Assembly (NCBI GenBank): GCA_030390025.1
Contig: CM059432.1
Span: 139,564,001-139,628,000 of the forward strand
Reading direction: 5' to 3'
DNA: 64,000 nt
DNA from: Squalus acanthias
Taxonomy: Eukaryota
Shown: piece by piece, positions 1 to 12,712 of the stretch
Layout: each line of letters begins with the position of its first letter
How positions within the stretch are numbered: position 1 is the stretch's first letter
Notes under the pieces: model-generated
Databases searched by the model: none
Told to the model about the DNA's origin: nothing
The model's input: the letters and a program-made list of their open reading frames with translations, nothing else
Program-made: the position numbers and the translations under genes

Positions 1-3000
1 TGCCCCCTTGTATTGATACTGTACCAGGATCTTCTGACAATGAATTGCAGTATAGCTATGGTGACATTTACAAAATGGGAATCCCTCAAGTATGTATGTA
101 TAAAATGATAGTGATTTTAAAGCATTGATTTTTTTTAAATTGCAGATGCATTGGTTATTCAGTGTATTCAACTGCTGCCCAGATTATTAGGTCAGATTTG
201 CTCCTTGGCCAGCCCTTGACTGTAGACAGACAGATCTAATGTAATGTATGTCCAACTTATGGGGCCTGTTCTTCTTGGCCATATCCTGGTGCTGCTGCAG
301 CCGGCTGATAGTCGGGACAGGATCTTTGTTTACAGACGGTGTGTTCCTCTCCGAACAGCTGGCCCTGCGATTTTTCCGCCTCCTACTTCTGTTGCTGGCG
401 GTAGCATTGTGGCTGTTGCTGGCGCGCAGTCTTTTTCCCTCCCTTCTTCTCTTCCTGCAATGCACAGCTGCTGCTGCAACCGCTATGGTAACCATTCACC
501 GCCCCATTCAGCAGCACCCGGCTGCTCCGAACCGGCTCGCTCCATCACCGATTGGGGGTTTTTCGTGGACCCCAGTTTGAGAACAACTGTTAGAAATGAA
601 TTGATGCAACAAGGGCATTATGACAAGTTATCGGTTAGACTGTAGATTACTAAAGGGAAAAGCAGTTTTGTCTGGATACAAATTTGGAAAAATAGGCATC
701 ATACCTTGAGTACAAGAAACATTACCACCTTTTATAGTTAAGATATTTGTATTGCAACGTACAGAAAAGCAGTAAGAACACAAGTAAAGAACCACAGATG
801 AAAACTACTTTTTTTTTAAATAACTACTTTGCAACAGCTGTGGGTTTGACACTGGCCTATCACCTCTGGGACTTGGGATCAAAGTGTTCTCTGTCAGGGT
901 CGTATGAAATTTTGGCCAAGTTCAACCCTTTTTTTAGTGGGTGTGGGCTAACCACAAAAAACTGTATGTTGCCATTGTGACTCATCGCTACTGCTTGCAT
1001 CTACTATATATCTACAGCTTTCCATGAACCTGGAAATGCACTGCATACAGTATGAAATGATTTCTCTGAATAAGCGGAGATCTAAAATGGGCCTGTTCCA
1101 ACATTAAGCTACTGGGGGATATTTTTTTAATATTTGCTATTCTGTAGATATAGAGCAATGTGAGACAACTCTTATATAAAAGCAAGATGCTCAAACCAGT
1201 TCCAGGAGCAACTGATGCCACTGAACCCAAGAAGTTATCTACAGACCAGAATTTGTGTAACAAGTGCTATAATGAACTATCTGCCTAACGTGGTTCTATG
1301 CACACATAGCCTTCAACTAATTTGCTTGTTGAAAGAGGGAATTCACTTTTTATTTTGATAATCAGTTTAGGTGCAAAAAGGGTGACTGGAGGGTAACCAT
1401 GAGTGACTACAAGGCAATCAATCAGCTTTCATCTCCAGCTATGGACAGTTTTCTTTCATAAACAAGGTTCGCCACAAACTGTAAAACTTTTGTTTCCCAC
1501 ATAAATGGTGACAACTCAATATTTTGAAACTGAAAAAAAATAAGTTATACAAATTTAATATACAACATTTCTCATTCTAAGCTACAGGGTTTTTTTTTTT
1601 AAGTGTGAGGATAAGGGTGAGTTCTGAGATTCAGCTACTTCAACGTTACTGCATTATTTCAATCTTCAAAAATAATACATTATGGGATAGGAGGTGATTG
1701 AAAGTCTTGTACTATGTGTTTTTAAATTTAGCAAAAGCCCTCTCCCTTTTGTTACTCATATTAACTTACCAATAAAGTTAGATGGTTAGTGTAGGATGTA
1801 GTTCGACAGATTGTACATTGGTTTGCCCAATGTTGGATTTCACAATACATAATAGAGAATATTATACCAACAAGCAACCAAGAAAAACAGGAGCTGGAAA
1901 GAATTAGCCAGCAAAATATTCGATTGAGTGGGCAGGAACACTTTGTTCGGGTAGGAAGGTTAGGTCCACATCAAAAAGTACTTAATGAGGCAAACTATTT
2001 ACACAATCAATAGAAAGGGAAAATGAGGACTTTAGACCTGTGCAATTAAATGGGCGATACTGAATATTTTGTTCCAAACCTTCACCTGTTAAAATAAATC
2101 TATCCTGTGGCTCTTCATTAGATTTCAGTAAACCCTTGGATGGGTTATATAAATAGAATACATGACTTGAAAAGTAGATTCTGAAATTAAATCATCCAGT
2201 AAGTTTTGTTTTGGTGGGGGTGGAGGTGAGAAATCTACCACATTTGACCTCTTGCTGTTCTGCTTTAGTTCACAGGTGTATTTTTGATTTTTATTGTTTT
2301 GGATGGGGAAGAGGGGTGCAGCAGTGTTTTGAGATTTCAATTGCAATTCATTGGAGGTTAGAGAGCGTGGTATTCTGCCAACTGTGGAAAATATCATTTG
2401 ATACGGCTACATAAAGTATGCAGCTTACTGGGCATATTCCAGCATGGTGACTTTTATTCGAAGGTTTAGGGGTATGAAGGGATATACATCATAAATGTAT
2501 TTTGAGAGCTTTTCCATTCCTGGGTCTGGAATCCAGAGTATTTTTGCACAAGAGGTTATCTCTCTGGGTTACAGAATCATAATGCTGTGTAACAGCAGTG
2601 TGTGTTTGGTATTTAATAATGCATTCTTTGTGTGATTTTTTGTATGTAGGTAAGGGATTTTAGGCAGTCAATGGCTCGAAGTGGTGGGCACAGAAAACTG
2701 GAACTGAGCCCATTGCGAATACGAAAATGACGGACAGGAAAAGACCAACTGGTCCATCTAGCCTGCCCCATACGCTACATGTATTTGACAAAAGCAGCAC
2801 AATCTGAAATGTTATACTGTATACTTAAGTCACAGATCAGAGTATACCATAATAATGAAAATTATTCCATACTTTACAAAATTTACGGCCATTATCCCTT
2901 TTACCATTTTAAAAACAATGTTACTTTTTTAACAACAATTATACATACATTTCTGCATTACATAGTTTTTCCATCCATATCCAACTCATTTTAAACCATA

Positions 3001-3814
3001 TAAACTACTTTCATAGGGGACTGAAAGTACTCAATCTTTTGATCCTAGTTTCACTTGTGTGGTTATAGTTAACAAGAAGCTGTTCTAAAAGGGGGAAATG
3101 CATGGCAAGGAAGGGGAGAGGGAAATGGGCAGAAGCTGGGATCAGAAGGAGAGTGCCAGTATTAACTGAGGGAGTGTGGAGAGTCTCAGCATGAACACTT
3201 GGGGGGTGGGGGAGTGTCTGCTTGAAGTGAGGGGGTTGAAGGGGGGAAAAGAGTGCCAGTCTGAAAAGGGGTGTGGAAGATGAGTCCCAGCTTGAACTAG
3301 GTTTTAATGGATAAGATGGCAGGTTGAAGAGGGTGTGGAAGAACCATGCCAGGATGGACTGAGAAGTGAGAGGGAGCAGAGTACCAGGATAATGCGGAGG
3401 TGAGAGGGAGCAGAGTGCCAGAATAATGTGGGGGTGAGAACGTAGAGTGCCAGGAATTTTGCAGTGCCAGTTTTCCTGCAAAGTTTGGGGGGAGGGGGTA
3501 TTTTGACAACAATGCATCAAAATTGGAAAAACATTGACGGATTTAATGTTTTCACTTTCCTAGCAGCTATTATCATTGCAATATTTGCTGCAGATATGGG
3601 CTCCATTTCCACAATGGAGCTGGTCTTGGTACAGTGGTACCCCTGGCATCATGGAGGAGCAGTTTGCACTCGGAATGAGGTGGAACTGGCGGGATTTCTG
3701 ATGGGTGACGCATCCCCCCACCTCCTCCAGTCGTGGCTGCTCGGAGTGGGAGAGTGCCCTACCCCTCTTCAAAATATCCAGTGATGCCAAGTCCCCTGTG
3801 AAATTCCAGCCCAC

Positions 3815-4260
3815 CTATGAAAGGGTGGGGAGTTGGATAGGGTACAGTGTGTATGAAAGGGTGGGGAGTTGGATGGGTACAGTGTCTGTGTGAAAGGGTG
3901 GGGAGTTGGATGGGTAGTGTGTGTGAAAGGATGGGGTGCAGTGTGTATGTGAAAGGGTGGGGAGTTGGATGGGTACAGTGTCTGAAAGGATGGGGTACAG
4001 TGTGTGTGAAAGGGTGGGGAGTTGGATAGGGTACAGTGTCTGTGAAAGGGTGGGGAGTTGGATGGATACAGTGTCTGCGAAAGGGTGGGGAGTTGGATGA
4101 ATACAGTGTCTGCGAAAGGGTGGGGAGTTGGATGGGTACAGTGTCTGTGAAAGGGTGGTGAATTGGATGGGTAGTGTGTGTGTGAAGGGGTGGGGAGTTG
4201 GATAGGGTATAGTGTCTCTGAAAATGTGAGTTTGTTGGATGGGTTGCAGTATCTGAACTG
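3815..4260. repeat. G-rich minisatellite, ~35-37 bp unit (GAAAGGGTGGGGAGTTGGATGGGTACAGTGTCTGTGT)
   Basis: About a dozen degenerate tandem copies are directly visible. The ORFs over it are repeat translations. Confidence 0.9.
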
Positions 4261-5029
4261 GGTCTGGCGGGGGCAGCGTACCTTTATGAATTTGGATGGT
4301 GGGAACTGGGTGTGGGATGGTGACTGGTGATAACTTTGGAGGAATTGATGATCTGGTTGGTGTGTTGAAAATACAGTTACCACTTTTATATTCCTTTTTA
4401 AGATCAACAATCTAATATAAATAAATCTGCTTAAAATAATAGAAAAAAATATCTTTAATGTAAAAATTTAAATATTACAATGAGCATATCCCCAGACTCC
4501 CTGGAAACAAACTATTTTCTCCCTTCAATATTTGGATTTCCCCCTCAGGCTTTTATGTTCTGGGTGCAGAGTGAAAAATGCAAACACACAAGAAATCACA
4601 GGTACAGACTGGGAAACGGATGAAGAGATGGAGGACAGGAATGGGTAGTTTGACTGACAGAAGCAGGGAGCAAATGAAGGAAGGAGAGACACAAGATATT
4701 TACTTTTTATTTTAGTCTTCTGACATTTATATTGGTATTGGTTTTATTTACAGTCCTATTTTGATTTTGCAATGCATAATTTGGAAATTAAATGGCACAC
4801 GTTTAGTGACAACTTGTTGTCAATGCCGGTTTCTAACTCCCGACCCCAACCTCTGCTCCGAACCCTAATCATGCGGGGTCAAGTCCTTCTGATGTCCTGG
4901 ATGATGCCGGCTGGCCCTTTTACAGAACTGGAGCAAATTCTCAGACACTTGGTTTAATCCCAAATCCAGAAGATAGGATATAGTTTCTCCGTGAATTTAT
5001 TCCCAGTGAAGTTGTGGAGATGAGACTTG

Positions 5030-5871
5030 GGGCTGGATTTTCATTGACCCGTGGAGGCGGGTTTGGAGGCGTGTGGGGGGTTAAAGTTGCAGATTCGGGG
5101 GTCCCGAACCCATCCCGCCCCCAACCCGCCTCCATGCCAGTTTCGCTGGAGGCGGGTACCCGACCTGTGCTGGGACCTGCCTCCCCAAGGCAGGAAGGGG
5201 ATCAGTGACAATTAACTGCCTGTTAGCAGGTAGTTAACAGGCAGTTTTTTGCCTAATCCCTATTTTGATGCGTGAAATGTGGGCTTCCCGACCGGTCCCA
5301 ACCACGCCAAGTTAGCGAGGCGGACCGTGGGTCTGCAGGGGTTGGAGGGGTCGATATGTCCGGTGGGCAGGTGAGTGATGGGTGCATGTGTGCAGAGGTA
5401 AGTGTGTAAGGTAAGTGTAAAGTGGGAAAAAGTTTTACTTACCTTAACTTCCTCCTGCAGGTGTCAGCCCTTCAGGTCTCGGGAGTCAGAAATCTCACCG
5501 GCACAGAAAGCAGAATGGCCGTGGAGCTGTCAAAAACTGCAGCCTCTGTTTTCTGTGCTGGAATGATTTCTAACTCAGCCTGAGAGGAAGGACTCAAGTT
5601 AGAAGACAGATCGTCAGTGTTTGACAGCTTCACAGAGCTGTCAGACGCTGATATTTCATCTGTCAAAAGCTCTTGACAAATGAAATGTCAATCTGTGACG
5701 TCACCTGTTGCCGGGTGGCCCTTAATTGGCCTGCTGAGCTCGCTGGGCGGGCTCAACAAGGTCAATCAAGTGAAAATGCAGTGGGTTGGCCACAAGTCGA
5801 TGGAGGCGGGTCTACAACCCAAAAAGTGGGAGTCCCGCCTCCATCACATCCCCAGTATCAAAATCCAGCCC
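5030..5871. mobile_element. PIF/Harbinger-type MITE inserted in the TRIM SPRY exon
   Basis: Perfect 12-bp TIR GGGCTGGATTTT (5030-5041 / 5860-5871) and 3-bp TSD TTG (5027-5029 / 5872-5874). Removing it restores ..DIK|SHLH.. in frame. Confidence 0.85.
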
Positions 5872-6280
5872 TTGATGTCCACACTATAAAATTAAACTGT
5901 CCCAAACTCATAACTGAGATAAACTCCCACCTTCCCGGGGATCTGACTGGTGGGGAGAGGGGATGATTAAACTCCTCCTCAACCCGCTCGCTGGTCCAGA
6001 ATCCATCCTCCGGTATCACTGAACACTCCCTTCCTCTCCACAGACTCTGTGGCTACTCCCAGTCTCCAGCTCCAATTCCCCGCCACCTCTACCTCCCAGC
6101 AATGTATTCCCGATGTGAATTGCTTCGATCCCAGCACACAGAACCAGTTTGTGAACCTCTTCTCAGTGTCAGGGAGACTCCTCCAGGTCCGGATCCATCT
6201 CAAACTGCAGATCCTCAGACACCTCGAGCAATGGATGCGCTGTTTCCACATCCAGGGTCACAGAGACTGGGAGAAAAATT

Positions 6281-6570
6281 AAGAAAGAAAGACTTGCATT
6301 TATATAGCACCTTTCATGACCACCAGACATCCCAAAGTGCTTTACAGTCAATGAAGTACTTTTGAAGTGTAGTCATTGTTGTAGTGTAGGAAACGCGGGC
6401 AGCCAATTTTTGCACAGCAAGCTCCCACAAACAGCAATGTGATAATAACCAGATAATCTGTTTTAGTGATGTTGATTGAGGGATAAATATTGGCCAGGAC
6501 ACCGGGGATAACTCCCCTGCTCTTCTTTGAAATAGTGCCCTGGGATCTTCTACGTCCACCTGAGAGGGCT
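6281..6570 (-). mobile_element. tRNA-derived DeuSINE (SacSINE1-like), 3' half
   Basis: Reverse complement of the body and tail of the full copy at 48672-49137. Its tail ends just upstream of the TRIM splice acceptor. Confidence 0.85.
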
Positions 6571-6863
6571 GATTAACGGCTCATCAGTTTTGCGGGCAGG
6601 GCCAATTTCCAGCACAATGTTTCTTAAACCAGCGATAAAGATATCGGAAACTCGATTTATGCTTGATATAACTTGCATTTAAAATTCTGTAATCGTTTGC
6701 GCTGGTTTGGCCGGAATGCGCTGATCAGCGCAAACTAGCAGAAATTCAAGGCCGATAAATGGTACAACACACAAAAGCTCAGTGGGACTTGGAGTTCTAG
6801 CTTCGACCAGCATAAGCAGATTCGAACTACACACTTACAACTTTTCCTCATGAGTCCTCCTGT

Positions 6864-9800
6864 ATCTGTCTGTCCCAGTAATCTCAGGGTCACTGTATGA
6901 TCTGTCTGTCCCAGTAATCTCAGGGTCACTGTATGATCTGTCTGTCCCAGTAATCTCACGGTCACTGTATGATCTGTCTGTCCCAGTAATCTCAGGGTCA
7001 CTGTATGATCTGTCCCCAGTAATCTCATGGTCACTGTATGATCTGTCTGTCCCAGTAATCTCACGGTCACTGTATGATCTGTCCCCAGTAATCTCATGGT
7101 CACTGTATGATCTGTCTGTCCCAGTAATCTCACGGTCACTGTATGATCTGTCTGTCCCAGTAATCTCAGGGTCACTGTATGATCTGTCTGTCCCAGTAAT
7201 CTCACGGTCACTGTATGATCTGTCTGTCTCAGTAATCTCAGGGTCACTGTATGATCTGTCCCCAGTAATCTCATGGTCACTGTATGATCTGTCTGTCCCA
7301 GTAATCTCACGGTCACTGTATAATCTGTCCCAGTAATCTCACGGTCACTGTACGATCTGTCTGTCGCAGTAATCTCACGGTCACTGTATGATCTGTCTGT
7401 ACCAGTAATCTCAGGGTCACTGTATGATCTGTCTGTCCCAGTGATCTCACGGTCACTGTACGATCTCTCTGTCCCAGTGATCTCACGGTCACCGTATGAT
7501 CTGTCTGTCCCAGTAATCTCAGGGTTGCTGTATGATCTCTCTGTCCCAGTGATCTCACGGTCACTGTATGATCTGTCTGTCCCAGTAATCTCAGGGTCGC
7601 TGTATGATCTCTCTGTCCCAGTGATCTCATGGTCACTGTATGATCTGTCTGTACCAGTAATCTCATGGTCACTGTATGATCTGTCCCCAGTAATCTCAGG
7701 GTAACTGTATGATCTGTCTGTCCCAGTGATCTCACGGTCACTGTACGATCTCTCTGTCCCAGTGATCTCAGGGTCACTGTATGATCTGTCTGTGCCAGTA
7801 ATCTCACGGTCACTGTATGATCTGTCTGTCCCAGTGATCTCACGGTCACTATGATCTCTCTGTCCCAGTGATCTCACGGTCACTGTATGATCTGTCCCCA
7901 GTAATCTCACGGTCACTGTATGATCTGTCTGTCCCAGTAATCTCACGGTCACTGTATGATGTGTCTGTACCAGTAATCTCAGGGTCACTGTATGATCTGT
8001 CTGTGCCAGTAATCTCACGGTCACTGTATGATGTGTCTGTACCAGTAATCTCAGGGTCACTGTATGATCTGTCCCAGTGATCTCATGGTCACTGTATGAT
8101 GTGTCTGTACCAGTAATCTCAGGGTCACTGTACGATCTGTCCCCAGTAATCTCACGGTCACTGTATGATCTGTCCCCAGTGATCTCACGGTCACTGTATG
8201 ATCTGTCTGTCCCCAGTAATCTCACGGTCACTGTGTGATCTGTCTGTCCCAGTAATCTCATGGTCACTGTACGATCTGTCTGTACCAGTAATCTCACGGT
8301 CACTGTATGATCTGTACCAGTAATCTCACGGTCACTGTATGATCTGTCCCAGTAATCTCATGGTCACTGTATGATCTGTCCCCAGTAATCTCACGGTCAC
8401 TGTATGATCTGTCCCAGTAAGCTCACGGTCACTGTATGATCTGTCCCCAGTAATCTCATGGTTACTGTATGATCTGTCCCAGTAATCTCACGGTCACTGT
8501 ATGATCTGTCCCAGTAATCTCACGGTCACTGTACGATCTGTCTGTCCCAGTAATCTCATGGTCACTGTATGATCTGTCTGTCCCAGTGATCTCACGGTCA
8601 CTGTATGATCTGTCCCAGTAAACTCACGGTCACTGTATGATCTGTCCCAGTAATCTCATGGTCACTGTATGATCTGTCCCCAGTAATCTCACGGTCACTG
8701 TATGATCTGTCCCAGTAATCTCACGGTCACTGTATGATCTGTCCCAGTAATCTCACGGTCACTGTATGATCTGTCTGTACCAGTAATCTCATGGTCCCTG
8801 TGTGGTTTGTCTGTCCCAGTAATCTCACGGTCACTGTATGATCTGTCCCAGTGATCTCACGGTCACTGTATGATCTGTCTGTCCCAGTGATCTCACGGTC
8901 ACTGTATGATCTGTCTGTCCCAGTGATCTCACGGTCACTGTATGATCTGTCCCAGTGATCTCACGGTCACTGTATGATCTGTCTGTCCCAGTGATCTCAT
9001 GGTCACTGTATGATCTGTCTGTCCCAGTGATCTCACGGTCACTGTATGATCTGTCCCAGTGATCTCACGGTCACTGTATGATCTGTCTGTCCCAGTAATC
9101 TCACGGTCACTGTATGATGTGTCTGTACCAGTAATCTCAGGGTCACTGTATGATCTGTCTGTGCCAGTAATCTCACGGTCACTGTATGATGTGTCTGTAC
9201 CAGTAATCTCAGGGTCACTGTATGATCTGTCCCAGTGATCTCATGGTCACTGTATGATGTGTCTGTACCAGTAATCTCAGGGTCACTGTACGATCTGTCC
9301 CCAGTAATCTCACGGTCACTGTATGATCTGTCCCCAGTGATCTCACGGTCACTGTATGATCTGTCTGTCCCCAGTAATCTCACGGTCACTGTGTGATCTG
9401 TCTGTCCCAGTAATCTCATGGTCACTGTACGATCTGTCTGTACCAGTAATCTCACGGTCACTGTATGATCTGTACCAGTAATCTCACGGTCACTGTATGA
9501 TCTGTCCCAGTAATCTCATGGTCACTGTATGATCTGTCCCCAGTAATCTCACGGTCACTGTATGATCTGTCCCAGTAAGCTCACGGTCACTGTATGATCT
9601 GTCCCCAGTAATCTCATGGTTACTGTATGATCTGTCCCAGTAATCTCACGGTCACTGTATGATCTGTCCCAGTAATCTCACGGTCACTGTACGATCTGTC
9701 TGTCCCAGTAATCTCATGGTCACTGTATGATCTGTCTGTCCCAGTGATCTCACGGTCACTGTATGATCTGTCCCAGTAAACTCACGGTCACTGTATGATC

Positions 9801-10388
9801 TGTCCCAGTAATCTCATGGTCACTGTATGATCTGTCCCCAGTAATCTCACGGTCACTGTATGATCTGTCCCAGTAATCTCACGGTCACTGTATGATCTGT
9901 CCCAGTAATCTCACGGTCACTGTATGATCTGTCTGTACCAGTAATCTCATGGTCCCTGTGTGGTTTGTCTGTCCCAGTAATCTCACGGTCACTGTATGAT
10001 CTGTCCCAGTGATCTCACGGTCACTGTATGATCTGTCTGTCCCAGTGATCTCACGGTCACTGTATGATCTGTCTGTCCCAGTGATCTCACGGTCACTGTA
10101 TGATCTGTCCCAGTGATCTCACGGTCACTGTATGATCTGTCTGTCCCAGTGATCTCATGGTCACTGTATGATCTGTCTGTCCCAGTGATCTCACGGTCAC
10201 TGTATGATCTGTCCCAGTGATCTCACGGTCACTGTATGATCTGTCTGTCCCAGTGATTTCACGGTCACTGTATGATCTGTCTGTCCCAGTGATCTCACGG
10301 TCACTGTATGATCTGTCCCAGTAATCTCATGGTCACTGTGTGATTTGTCTGTACCAGTGATCTCACGGTCACTGTATGATCTGTCTGT
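6864..10388. repeat. 3.5-kb minisatellite, 32-37 bp unit CCCAGTAATCTCACGGTCACTGTATGATCTGTCTGT, with a 1158-bp higher-order duplication
   Basis: About 100 tandem units. Variant units recur at a 1158-bp offset (GGTCCCTGTG at 8793 and 9951; ORFs starting at 8303 and 9461 have identical beginnings). Confidence 0.97.
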
Positions 10389-10854
10389 ATGTCATACGGT
10401 CTGGATATGAATTATCCTGTAAAAACCCAATGTATTTTTAGCCTTTTGGGGGCTAAAACCAAACAGGAACAAGAACAGATCCCGCAGAGGGAGGCAGGAA
10501 AAGAGCTACCATGGGGAAAAGGTTAAGGAAGGGAAGAGAATAAATAATTCAAGGGGGAAAAGTAAAGAAACAAGGGGATAAAGAAGCAGCAGCCCACAAC
10601 TTGATCTGTCCAACAGCCTGACCAGGAACACAAACAAAACTGGAACAACCGGGCAGCCCCCAGATTCAGAGACCCCGCCACAACCCCAACAGAAAAACCA
10701 CCCTGGACACAGCAAATCGACATCACCCTGAATACAGCCCATCAACAAAATTATATCCAGGAATCTCAACAAACACCCAACACATAATCAGGCAAAACAA
10801 ATCTGATCTACACAAAGGGACAGGTGAGCACCAGCTGACTCCACACTCCTCGCC

Positions 10855-11320
10855 TCTTCTTCTTCTGAGGCAGTCCCTCGGAACCGAGGATGACTTGCTT
10901 CCACATTAAAAATGAGTTCTTAGGTGACTGATGAGTCCAATGCGGGACCTACAGTCTCTGTCACTGTTGGGGTTGTCCATGAGGGTCCTGACGTTCCAGG
11001 TCCCGAACTTCATTTTAAAGGGTGGAAGATGCCTGTGCGTGAATTCTTTTAACGTGGGGTGGCCGTTGCACACCAGCTACCACACGGGCTTGACAGAGCA
11101 AGGTCTTGGTCCAATGGCAAGTGGATCCAAGACAATTGGAGACCAGGCTCTGCTCCAACAGCCTAGCACACACACACACAAACATACTGCTGCTGTCCTC
11201 CTCCCTCTTTCCCGCAGGTCCTCTCTGCCTGGGTTTCGTAACAGCAGAAGAGAGGAGACTGAGGGAGAAAGAGCAAAGGATGGCCAAGGATGGCAAAGGA
11301 GCTCCCTAGAGCCATCTTGT
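10855..11320 (-). mobile_element. Non-autonomous internally deleted RTE-clade element (5' end fused to 3' end)
   Basis: TSD CAYACTCCTCGCC (10842-10854 / 11321-11333) and an (AAG)n tail. The mini-ORF 11013-10906, MKFGTWNVRTLMDNPNSDRDCRSRIGLISHLRTHF*, joins the RTE APE N-terminus (TWNVRTL) to the RTE C-terminal motif (SRIGLxSH). Confidence 0.8.
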
Positions 11321-12066
11321 CATACTCCTCGCCACTACTCCCTCAACAGGCAGACAACAAAGCCTCGCTCCCAGTCTTCCTGTCCCAACCTTGGTCATGG
11401 GCATGAGTATGACACACGAGCAGGAGGATGAGTATTGTAGAGGAGGAAAGGTTCCGCTGGGAAAGCCAAGGTTTCCTCTTCCTGATGTTTGCAAAGTATC
11501 GATGGGTTCTGGAGGCAGTGTTTCACCTGAGGAGGGTCCCCTGTTGTATTGGTCATGTTTGGGGAGCTGACATTTTCAGCTGACTAGTTGAAGGCGAAGC
11601 TTTTTAGAAGGTGGATTTGGTGCGTGAATAACACTTTTTAATTCCATTCAGGGCCGTTTTTCAACCGCGTTCCTTTGCAACTACTTAGTACTTAAAGATC
11701 TCTCTTTGATATATGTATAACGAATCAAATGATGAGATAAAAATCAAGACAAAGGAACCTATATGAGTTTTACCAGGGTTAATGGCATCCAGCATTTCTC
11801 TCCACACTGCACACGGTAAAGGGCCGTTGAATTTTTCGATAGACAGGGCGGCATCTGCCCATGACTGACTATTTATTGCCTTCCTCGCTAATCCTGCAAA
11901 TATTAAACAATTGGTTATAAATTGAACAGAAGCACTTTTCCGAGCTATTTCACCAAACTGTGTAGAGTTTCAGTAAAGAGCATGTCCTACCTCCTCTTCC
12001 GACAAGTTCCTCCTGAAATAAATAAAACACAAATCTGAGTTGACAGAGACTGACTGTCTATATCCA

Positions 12067-12619
12067 TGATGCGGAGATGTTGGACTGGGGTGGACAAAAA
12101 TGAGAAGTCGCACAACACCAGGTTATAGTCCAACAGTTTTATTTGAAATTACGAGCTTTCGGAGCTCCAAGGTTCTCCAAGGCGGCCTTCGAGACACACG
12201 ACAAGGCGAAATCATCGAGCAGAAACTGATAGCCAAGTTTCGCACCCATAAGGACGGCCTCAACCGGGATCTCGGTTTCATGTCACGCTACAGGACGTGA
12301 CTCGACATCATTGTCTGGTTCACAGATGTGATTTCCAGTTTTTAAAAAAAGTAAAAAGCTTAACTGCAGACTGCAGCATTTGACACGTTGGACCCCCTGT
12401 GACCCACCTCATTGTCTTAGCTGTACTCTGCTGTGTCTTTGATGTAATGCCTCCCTGACGGATTGTATCTCTGCAGACACATTGTTCTCTGTCTATATAT
12501 ACTTTGTAACCGATTTGTATTCCCTCACTGTACCTGACGAAGGAGCAGAGCTCCGAAAGCTCGTAATTTCAAATAAAACTGTTGGACTATAACCTGGTGT
12601 TGTGCGACTTCTCATTTTC
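12067..12619 (+). mobile_element. Penelope-like element fragment with inverted 5' pseudo-LTR piece
   Basis: TSD GTCTATATCCA (12056-12066 / 12620-12630). It holds a GIY-YIG C-terminal remnant (EQKLIAKFRTHKDGLNRDLGF), and its ends are inverted copies of the same terminal sequence. Confidence 0.85.
12531..12565 (+). ncRNA. Minimal type-I hammerhead ribozyme motif (PLE-associated)
   Basis: UAC-CUGACGA-A-GGAGC(AGA)GCUCC-GAAA-GC-UC-GUA: catalytic core, stem II, 3-bp stem I and palindromic AGCU stem III. Confidence 0.65.
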
Positions 12620-12712
12620 GTCTATATCCAGACAGCGGGAATTACACCCAGATTGTTGCCAGCTGCTGATAATTCCGAATTCTCATTGCTGCGGACCCAC
12701 AGATAGAAAGAG

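Larger units (their letters stand above)
4920..12012 (-). pseudogene. 5'-truncated class-IV TRIM (PRY-SPRY/B30.2) gene remnant
   Basis: GT-AG-flanked exons at 12012-11991 (22 nt) and 11893-11774 (..LSIEKFNGPLPCAVWREMLDAINP). The B30.2 exon starts at 6266: VSVTLDVETAHPLLEVSEDL / LPDTEKRFTNWFCVLGSKQFTSGIHCWEVEV..WRLGVATESVERKG / IPGKVGVYLSYEFGTV*FYSVDIK / SHLHNFTGNKFTEKLYPIFWIWD*. It has frameshifts, stops and a MITE insertion. No RING or B-box exons were found. Confidence 0.88.

Noticed and set aside
1..3000. ATAD2 terminal exons expected from human synteny
   Set aside because: No recognisable ATAD2 peptide in any frame I examined.
6735..9461. 522-aa and related repeat ORFs (DRSYSDREITG / TVTVRLLGQTDH)
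   Set aside because: Translations of a minisatellite. Frames switch with unit length and there is no ATG or promoter context.
6864..10388. CRISPR-like or RSS-like array (CACTGTA/CACTGTG heptamer)
   Set aside because: No unique spacers, no nonamer at 12/23 spacing, and vertebrate DNA.
10928..10950. CTGATGAGTCC..GGGAC as a hammerhead
   Set aside because: Lacks the GAAA core and is explained as the antisense of the RTE SRIGLISH codons.
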